From the NCBI GenBank assembly GCA_036382815.1, contig DASVPM010000314.1:1-53941 (forward strand): DNA of 53,941 nt. The letters run 5' to 3'. The notes below the pieces were generated by a model. It saw only the letters and a list, made by a program, of their open reading frames with translations. It was not told the DNA's origin and did no database searches. Position 1 is the first letter of the stretch, and each line of letters starts with the position of its first letter. This stretch comes from Allosphingosinicella sp. Lineage in GTDB: Bacteria > Pseudomonadota > Alphaproteobacteria > Sphingomonadales > Sphingomonadaceae. Of the stretch, positions 47,541 to 53,941 are shown one piece after another. A program made the position numbers and the translations under genes.

Positions 47541-48791
47541 ATGGCCAGACGATCCGGCTCCGCCGACCTGCCCCTCCACGGCGGCCGGGTCCCGGCCTGG
47601 CTGGGCGAGCGGATGACCCGGCTCGGCACGGTCATGGCCGAGGCGATCATCCTTCACGAGGGCCGCGACGCCTTTCTTTCCCGGCTCGCCCATCCTTTCT
47701 GGTTCCAGTCGTTCGGGGCGGTGATGGGGATGGACTGGCATTCGTCGGGGATCACCACCAGCGTCGTCGGCGCCCTGAAGCGCGGCCTCAACCCCCGCGC
47801 CGGCGAGCTCGGGATAAGGGTCTGCGGCGGGCGGGGACGGCATTCGCGGGCGACTCCGGGCGAGCTGGCGGCGGCGGGCGACGCGGCCGGTTTCGACGGC
47901 GTGGAGCTGGCCCGGTCGAGCCGCCTGGTCGCCAAGGTCGACAGCGCGGCGCTGCAGGACGGGTTCGACCTCTATCTGCACGGCTTCTTCGTCACCGACG
48001 AAGGCAAATGGGCCGTGGTCCAGCAGGGCATGAACGGCGAGCGCCGGACGGCGCGGCGCTACCATTGGCTGTCCGAAGGGCTGACCAGCTTCGTCGATTC
48101 CCCGCACGCCGCGATCGAGGGCCGGCGGCAGGGGGAAGTGCTCAACCTCGCCGACCGCCGCGCCGACGCCTCTCGCAAGGCACAGCTCGAGCTTCTCGCC
48201 GAACTGGGGCCGGACCGGCTGGCCCGGGAAGCGGCGGCGTTGGAACTGGGGACAGGTACCGGTACCTGTCCCCAACCGTTGCTTCCGCACCTCTCGCTTC
48301 CCGACCATCACGACGTCCGCTCCGGCGACGTCGTCCTCCGCCGGCTTCACGGTACCCTCGCCGCCGCGGCCGAGGCCGGGCCGAAGGATTTCGCCGACCT
48401 CCTGCTCGTTCCGGGAGTGGGCGCCCGGACCGTCCGGTCGCTGGCGATGGTGGCGGAGGTGATCCACGGCGCCCCGTCCCGCTTTGCCGATCCCGCCCGC
48501 TTCTCGCTCGCCCACGGCGGCAAGGACGGGCACCCCTTCCCGGTGCCGATCAAGATCTACGACCGGACGATCTCGGTGCTGAAGTCCGCGGTCGAGCAGG
48601 CGAAGCTGGGGCAGGACGAGAAGCTGGGCGCCATCCGCCGCCTCGACGAGCAGGCGCGCCGGCTGGAGGCGCATGTCGGCGGGCCGAGCTTCGAGGCGGT
48701 GATGGCGGAAGAGCGGCGGCTTTCGCACAGCTACGGCGGGCGCAGCGTGTTCGGATTGGAGCCGCGGGAAGCGGAAGGGGCGGCCGGCTGA
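47541..48791 (+). CDS. DUF763 domain protein with an HhH-like motif
   Basis: GSADLPLHGGRVPAWL, WFQSFGAVMGMDWHSSGITT, VPGVGARTVRSL and AHGGKDGHPFPV motifs. Confidence 0.88.
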   Translation: MARRSGSADLPLHGGRVPAWLGERMTRLGTVMAEAIILHEGRDAFLSRLAHPFWFQSFGAVMGMDWHSSGITTSVVGALKRGLNPRAGELGIRVCGGRGRHSRATPGELAAAGDAAGFDGVELARSSRLVAKVDSAALQDGFDLYLHGFFVTDEGKWAVVQQGMNGERRTARRYHWLSEGLTSFVDSPHAAIEGRRQGEVLNLADRRADASRKAQLELLAELGPDRLAREAAALELGTGTGTCPQPLLPHLSLPDHHDVRSGDVVLRRLHGTLAAAAEAGPKDFADLLLVPGVGARTVRSLAMVAEVIHGAPSRFADPARFSLAHGGKDGHPFPVPIKIYDRTISVLKSAVEQAKLGQDEKLGAIRRLDEQARRLEAHVGGPSFEAVMAEERRLSHSYGGRSVFGLEPREAEGAAG

Positions 48792-48830
48792 GCCAGGCTG
48801 TATCGACATTCGGACTCGCCGGAAGCCTTC

Positions 48831-48961
48831 AAATCCTCCCCTGCATTTCGCAGGGGAGGGGGACCATGCGAAGCATGGTGGAGGGGCCTTTTCCGAGTCT
48901 GAAGTACCCCTCCACCGCGCTTCGCGCGGTCCCCCTCCCCGCGAAATCGCGGGGAGGATTT
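48831..48961. repeat. Second family of REP-like composite inverted repeat between convergent genes
   Basis: AAATCCTCCCCTGC...GGACCATGCGAAGCATGGTGGAGGGG / CCCCTCCACCGCGCTTCGCGCGGTCCCCCTCCCC...GGGGAGGATTT. Confidence 0.8.
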
Positions 48962-48986
48962 TTCCGGGAAAGGGCCTCGGCGTCGC

Positions 48987-51641
48987 TCAGGCGGCGACCG
49001 TCTCTTCGCTGAGCGCGGCCCTGACCGCATCGAGCGCGGCGGCGGCCTTCGATCCGTCGGGTCCACCGCCCTGAGCCATGTCGGGGCGCCCTCCCCCGCC
49101 CTGCCCCCCGACCGCTTGGACCGCCTTGCGGACCAGCTCGACGGCGCTTCGGGCGGCGGTGAGGTCGTCGGTGACTCCGACCGCGACGGTGGCGCGGCCG
49201 TCATTGACCGCGACCAACGCCACGACACCCGAGCCGACCCGCTGCTTGGCCTCGTCGACCAGACCGCGCAGGCCCTTAGGATCCATTCCCTCCAGCACCT
49301 GGCCGATGAAGGCATAGGCCCCGACCTGCTCCGGTCCCTGGGCCTCGGCTTTCGAGCCGCCGCCCAGGGCCAGAGCCTTCTTCGCGTCGGCGAGCTCGCG
49401 CTCGAGGCGGCGGCGCTCGTCGAGCAGGGCGGCGATCCGCGCCGGAACCTCCTCGGGCGAGGCCTTGAGGGACGCCGCGGCCTCCTTGAGCCGGGTCTCG
49501 CGGTCGGTCAGCCACCGGCGCGCCGCTTCCCCGGTCAGCGCCTCGATCCGCCGGACGCCGGCGGCGACGGCGCTCTCCGAGACGATCTTGAACAGCTGGA
49601 TGTCGCCCAGGGCGTTGACGTGGGTGCCGCCGCAAAGCTCGACCGAATAGCTGGCGTCGGAGCCCCGGCCCATCGAGAGGACCCGGACCTCGTCGCCATA
49701 TTTCTCGCCGAACAGCGCCATGGCCCCGGCCTCGATGGCCTCGTCCGGACTCATCAGGCGGGTGGTGACGGCGTCGTTCTCGCGGATGTGGCGGTTCACT
49801 TCTTCCTCGACCGCGGCGATGTCCTCGGCGGTCAGCGCCCTGGGATGCGAGAAATCGAAGCGGAAGCGGTCGGGCGCCACCAGGCTGCCCTTCTGGGTGA
49901 CGTGGCCGCCGAGCCGGTGGCGGAGGGCGGCGTGGAGCAGATGCGTGGCGCTGTGGTTGGCGCGCACCCGGCCGCGCCGCTCGGCATCGACGACAAGGTG
50001 GACGGCGTCGCCGACGGCGACCTCGCCGGCCTTGACGACGGCATGGTGGGCGTGAAGCCGTCCCAGGGGCTTCGACGTGTCCTCGACCTCGGCCTCGAGG
50101 CCCTTGTCGCCGGCGACCCTTCCGGTGTCGCCCATCTGCCCGCCGCTCTCGCCGTAAAAGGGCGTCTGGTTGGTCAGGATGGCGACCTTGTCGCCCGACT
50201 GCGCGCGCTCGACCCGGACCCCGTCCTTCACGAGAGCGACGACCACGCCTTCGCCCTCGTGCCCGGCATAGCCGGTGAACTCGGTCGAGCCGTGCTCCTC
50301 GGCAATGTCGAACCAGACGTCCTCCGACGCCTTCTGCCCGGATCCCTTCCAGGCGGCGCGCGCCTGCGCCTTCTGCTCGCCCATTGCGGCGTCGAAGCCG
50401 GCCCGGTCGACTCCGAAGCCCTGGGCGCGAAGCGCATCCTCGGTGAGGTCGTAGGGGAAACCGAACGTATCGTAGAGCTTGAAGGCGACCGCGCCGGGCA
50501 GCGTGCCGCCGGGGCTCATCGTTCCCGTCGCCTCGTCGAGCAGCCTGAGGCCGTTGGCGAGCGTCTGGCGGAACCGGGTCTCCTCGAGCTTCAACGTCTC
50601 CTCGATCAGCGGCTGCGCGCGGACCAGCTCGGGATAAGCGGCGCCCATCTCGGAAACGAGGGACGGCACCAGGCGGTGCATCAGCGGTTCGCTGCTTCCG
50701 AGCAGATGGGCGTGGCGCATCGCCCGGCGCATGATGCGGCGAAGCACATAGCCCCTGCCCTCATTGGCCGGAAGCACTCCATCCGCGATCAGGAAGCCGG
50801 ACGCCCGGAGATGGTCGGCGATGATCCGGTGGCTCGCCTGGGCGTCGGCGCTCCCGGCGTCACGCGTGAGCGCGCTGGAGGCCGCGATCAGCGTCCTGAA
50901 CGTGTCGGTCTCGTAATTCGAGTGCACGCCCTGCAGCAGTGCGGCGACCCGCTCGAGCCCGGCGCCGGTGTCGACCGAGGGCTTGGGAAGCTCGATCGTG
51001 GTGCCGTCGGGGAAGCGCTCGAACTGCATGAACACGAGGTTCCAGAATTCCAGGAAGCGATCGCCGTCCTCGTCGGCGGAGCCGGGAGGACCGCCGGCCA
51101 GGGCGTCACCCTGGTCGTAGAAGATCTCGCTGTTGGGGCCGAACGGCCCGGTGTCGCCCATCGACCACATATTGTCCGGGTGGCGGACGATCCGGTCGGG
51201 AGAGATGCCGGCGATCTTGCGCCAGAGCCCGGCCGCCTCGTCGTCGCTGGGGTGGACGGTGACCCAGAGCCGCTCCTTCGCGAAGCCGAGGTCGCGGGTG
51301 ATGAACGACCAGGCGAGCTCGATCGCGCCTTCCTTGAAATAGTCGCCGAAGGAGAAATTCCCCAGCATCTCGAAGAAGGTATGGTGGCGGGCCGTGTAGC
51401 CGACATTGTCCAGGTCGTTATGCTTGCCGCCGGCGCGGACGCATTTCTGGGTAGACGTGGCTTTCGAATAAGGCCGGGTCTCGAGGCCGGTGAAGACGTT
51501 CTTGAACGGCACCATCCCGGCGTTGACGAACATCAGCGTCGGATCGTTCTGCGGCACCAGCGGCGCGGACGGCACGACCTGGTGTCCGTTGGAAGCGAAA
51601 TAGTCGAGGAACGACCGGCGGATGTCGTTGGTGGAGGTCAT
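48987..51641 (-). CDS. alaS: Alanine--tRNA ligase
   Basis: [50 protein letters not shown] and [13 protein letters not shown] motifs. ATG 51641. Confidence 0.97.
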   Translation of the reverse strand: MTSTNDIRRSFLDYFASNGHQVVPSAPLVPQNDPTLMFVNAGMVPFKNVFTGLETRPYSKATSTQKCVRAGGKHNDLDNVGYTARHHTFFEMLGNFSFGDYFKEGAIELAWSFITRDLGFAKERLWVTVHPSDDEAAGLWRKIAGISPDRIVRHPDNMWSMGDTGPFGPNSEIFYDQGDALAGGPPGSADEDGDRFLEFWNLVFMQFERFPDGTTIELPKPSVDTGAGLERVAALLQGVHSNYETDTFRTLIAASSALTRDAGSADAQASHRIIADHLRASGFLIADGVLPANEGRGYVLRRIMRRAMRHAHLLGSSEPLMHRLVPSLVSEMGAAYPELVRAQPLIEETLKLEETRFRQTLANGLRLLDEATGTMSPGGTLPGAVAFKLYDTFGFPYDLTEDALRAQGFGVDRAGFDAAMGEQKAQARAAWKGSGQKASEDVWFDIAEEHGSTEFTGYAGHEGEGVVVALVKDGVRVERAQSGDKVAILTNQTPFYGESGGQMGDTGRVAGDKGLEAEVEDTSKPLGRLHAHHAVVKAGEVAVGDAVHLVVDAERRGRVRANHSATHLLHAALRHRLGGHVTQKGSLVAPDRFRFDFSHPRALTAEDIAAVEEEVNRHIRENDAVTTRLMSPDEAIEAGAMALFGEKYGDEVRVLSMGRGSDASYSVELCGGTHVNALGDIQLFKIVSESAVAAGVRRIEALTGEAARRWLTDRETRLKEAAASLKASPEEVPARIAALLDERRRLERELADAKKALALGGGSKAEAQGPEQVGAYAFIGQVLEGMDPKGLRGLVDEAKQRVGSGVVALVAVNDGRATVAVGVTDDLTAARSAVELVRKAVQAVGGQGGGGRPDMAQGGGPDGSKAAAALDAVRAALSEETVAA

Positions 51642-51679
51642 GGCGCCAAGGTAAGCCACATGCTGCGCTGCGGCAAGCA

Positions 51680-51770
51680 TCCGTCGGCCCGGCCAAGGCC
51701 GGGGGCCGGAGCGGGTGAAGGGCGCGGTGCTTTTCGCTCCCCGGGGTCCCGGCCTTCGCCGGATGACGGA
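51680..51770. repeat. Degenerate REP-like inverted pair
   Basis: TCCGTCGGCCCGGCCAAGGCCGGG ... CCCGGCCTTCGCCGGATGACGGA. Confidence 0.65.
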
Positions 51771-52256
51771 TTAGAGCCCGGTCGGCTCGGCGGGCGGCTC
51801 GGCCGGCGCGTCGGCGACCTGGACCGGTTTTTCGTCGCTGCTCACCGGGTAGCTGGCGTAAAGCTGGATCCGCTCGCGATCCGGGTCGGCCGGCGCTGCC
51901 GCCGCGACCGTCACCACGGTCGGCTCGGGCGCCCTGAGCAACTCACCGTCGGAATAGAGATCGACCGCCGGATCGTGCCTCGGCACGTATGCGACCGGAT
52001 AATCGACGCAGCGCACGCAGCCCGGGCCGAGCTCACCGACGATCACCGGCTGCTGGGCGGCGCGATATTCGGCCTGCTGGACCTGCGCCCAGTCCGAGCT
52101 CCGATAGGGGACGAGGTCGGCGTGGAACTCGTCCTCAGGCTCGTTGAAATAAGCGGGATTGATCTCGGCGATGGCCGAATTGCCGAGGGTGATTCCGAGC
52201 GCCGCGCCGAGGATCGAGAGACCGGCCATGACCGGCAGGGTGGTCGAGACGGGCAT
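51771..52256 (-). CDS. Hypothetical exported/membrane-anchored protein
   Basis: N-terminal hydrophobic segment, CxxC (GCVRC), Pro/Ala-rich tail; RBS GAGGAG. Confidence 0.65.
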   Translation of the reverse strand: MPVSTTLPVMAGLSILGAALGITLGNSAIAEINPAYFNEPEDEFHADLVPYRSSDWAQVQQAEYRAAQQPVIVGELGPGCVRCVDYPVAYVPRHDPAVDLYSDGELLRAPEPTVVTVAAAAPADPDRERIQLYASYPVSSDEKPVQVADAPAEPPAEPTGL

Positions 52257-52301
52257 GGCATCGCTCCTCGGTACAAGCGGATACATTCGCAATGCAGGTT
52301 A

Positions 52302-52327
52302 AACTTACGATCGAGCGAGGGTGTTCC
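52302..52327 (-). promoter_or_regulatory. Putative EcfG-type promoter GGAAC-N17-AGTT
   Basis: Minus-strand motif 45 bp upstream of ATG 52256. Confidence 0.45.
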
Positions 52328-52357
52328 GTCCGTTTACCCTCTTTGTCGCAGCCCTCT

Positions 52358-52484
52358 CTTCCACCTCCCTGGAAGGGAGGGGCCTGGGGTGGGTCCGCCG
52401 AAGGCGGGCGAAACTCGAAAGTCGGCAGGAAGTCTCGCTTCGCTCGCCTACCCACCCCCCGCCCCTCCCTTGCAGGGAGGGGAG
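52358..52484. repeat. REP-like composite inverted repeat (related to 48831-48961)
   Basis: CCTCCCTGGAAGGGAGGGGCCTGGGGTGGGT ... ACCCACCCCCCGCCCCTCCCTTGCAGGGAGGGGAG. Confidence 0.7.
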
Positions 52485-52588
52485 TTCAACCCCTCTTGCG
52501 ATTCGGCGCCAAAGGGTGGAACGCTCACCGGATTGAGCGCGGTCGCGCTTGAACGCGGGTCGCGCCTTGGCGAAGCAAGGAGACGCGC

Positions 52589-53941
52589 ATGCCCGACAGA
52601 TCGACAGGCACCAGGACGATCGCCCTCGTTGGACCGGGCGGGGCGGGAAAGACCAGCCTCGCCGAGGCCCTGCTCTTCGCCGCCGGGGCGGTCGACCGCC
52701 AGGGCAGCGTCGACGCCGGCACCAGCGTCGGCGATTCGAGCCCGGAGGCGCGGCAGCGGGCGGGCTCGACCGAAATCAATCTGATGAATTTCGAATTCCT
52801 CGGCGACCGCTTCGCCATCGTCGATTCGCCCGGCTCGGTCGGCTTCTCGGCCGACGGGGCGCTCGCCGTCGCTGCCGCCGATCTCGCGATCGTCGTCGTC
52901 GACCCCGACACCGATCGCGCCATCCTCGCCGAGCCGGCCTTGAGGCAGCTCGAGGCGCTCGGCGTCCCCCACCTCATCTTCGTCAACAAGATCGACCAGG
53001 CCCGGGGCGGCATCCGCGACCTGCTCGAGGCGCTGCAGCCGATGAGCTCGTCGCCTCTCGTCGCCCGCCAGATCCCCATTCGAGAGGGCGAAAAGGTCAC
53101 CGGCTTCGTCGACCTCGCCCTCGAGCGCGCCTTCAAATACCGGCCGGGCAAGCCCTCCGAGCAGATCGACATCCCCGCCGACCTCGCCGACCGCGAGAAA
53201 GGCGACCGGTTCCACATGCTCGAGCAGCTCGCCGACCATGACGACGCGCTGCTCGAGCAGCTGCTGATGGACGAGGCTCCCGACCAGGCGACGATCTTCG
53301 CCGACATCGCCCGCGAGACGAAGGAGAATCTCGTCGTTCCGGTGCTGTTCGGATCGGCCCTGAACGGCTTCGGGGTCCGCCGGCTGATGAAGGCGCTGCG
53401 CCACGATGCTCCGGCCCCCGAGGCCGCGGCCGGGCGGCTCGGCGCCAAGGGCGGCTGCGCCTTCGTCTTCAAGGTCTCGCACGGCGGCAACATGGGTCGC
53501 CTCGCGCTCGCCCGGGTCTATGGCGGGCCGCTCAGCGAAGGCACGGAGCTGAAGAGCAGCGGCGGCGAGACGGTGCGGGTCGGCACCCTGTTCGCGATGC
53601 AGGGCGAGAAGCCCTCGAAGCTCGGCAAGGCCGCCGTCGGCGACGTCGTCGCAATCGCCAAGGCCGAGGGCGTCAACGCCGGCGAGTGGCTCGGCGCCGG
53701 CGGAAAGGCGCCCGAGCTGGCCCTTCCCGCCTCCAATTACGCGCTGGCAATCGCCACCAGCGACCGCAAGGACGACGTCCGGCTCTCGACCGCGCTCCAC
53801 AAGCTCGTCGAGGAGGACCCTTCGCTCGATTGGGAGCAGGACGAGGCGCTTCACGAGACACGCCTCAAGGGCATCAGCGACGAGCATCTGAAGGTCGCCC
53901 TCGCCCGTCTCCAGCGCCGCTACGGGGTCGCCGTCGACGCC
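52589..53941 (+). CDS. fusA: Elongation factor G paralog (EF-G2-like), 3' truncated by window
   Basis: Hand translation MPDRSTGTRTIALVGPGGAGKTSLAEALL...DSPGSVGF...NKID, followed by domain III LVEEDPSL. RBS AAGGAG. The G-motifs diverge from canonical FusA. Confidence 0.85.
   Translation, partial: MPDRSTGTRTIALVGPGGAGKTSLAEALLFAAGAVDRQGSVDAGTSVGDSSPEARQRAGSTEINLMNFEFLGDRFAIVDSPGSVGFSADGALAVAAADLAIVVVDPDTDRAILAEPALRQLEALGVPHLIFVNKIDQARGGIRDLLEALQPMSSSPLVARQIPIREGEKVTGFVDLALERAFKYRPGKPSEQIDIPADLADREKGDRFHMLEQLADHDDALLEQLLMDEAPDQATIFADIARETKENLVVPVLFGSALNGFGVRRLMKALRHDAPAPEAAAGRLGAKGGCAFVFKVSHGGNMGRLALARVYGGPLSEGTELKSSGGETVRVGTLFAMQGEKPSKLGKAAVGDVVAIAKAEGVNAGEWLGAGGKAPELALPASNYALAIATSDRKDDVRLSTALHKLVEEDPSLDWEQDEALHETRLKGISDEHLKVALARLQRRYGVAVDA

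Noticed and set aside
49116-52784. Very long antisense or alternate-frame ORFs (also 34..1860, 28105..31344, 12690..15128, 20400..22655)
   Set aside because: These are typical stop-poor shadow frames of high-GC genes, overlapping well-supported CDSs and lacking motifs.

Overview
High-GC alphaproteobacterial window; gene content, REP-like repeats and LexA boxes suggest Sphingomonadales/Caulobacterales (inference). (1) 1-22.7 kb: a xylan/xylose utilisation locus with two tandem tryptophan-halogenase-like genes, GH43, a GH9-CE4 fusion, two GH3, a LacI/XylR-like regulator with four palindromic operators, a sugar porter, an acetylesterase, an MFS transporter and Weimberg genes xylX/A/B/D. xylC lies far away at 38 kb. 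(2) 22.8-33.4 kb: the main finding, a candidate undescribed RiPP system. It has three tandem small Cys-rich precursor genes (leader MKI[RK]TN[IL]RAG, cores with repeated RCAP ending RCSGxTxYA[LY]); the ORF track misses two and gives the third the wrong start. It also has a 642-aa unknown candidate maturase with an RRE-like N-terminus and a complete type I export set (C39-peptidase ABC, second ABC, HlyD, outer-membrane factor). (3) 33.4-37.8 kb: a di-heme c lipoprotein coupled to a GMC oxidoreductase. (4) 38-54 kb: mostly housekeeping genes (pssA, psd, icd, Kef-like antiporter, DUF763, alaS, partial EF-G paralog) with several LexA boxes, putative EcfG promoters, small ORFs and REP-like palindromes. 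No rRNA, tRNA, CRISPR, transposase or integrase was recognised. Family assignments come from motifs and recalled family sequences; no database search was run.
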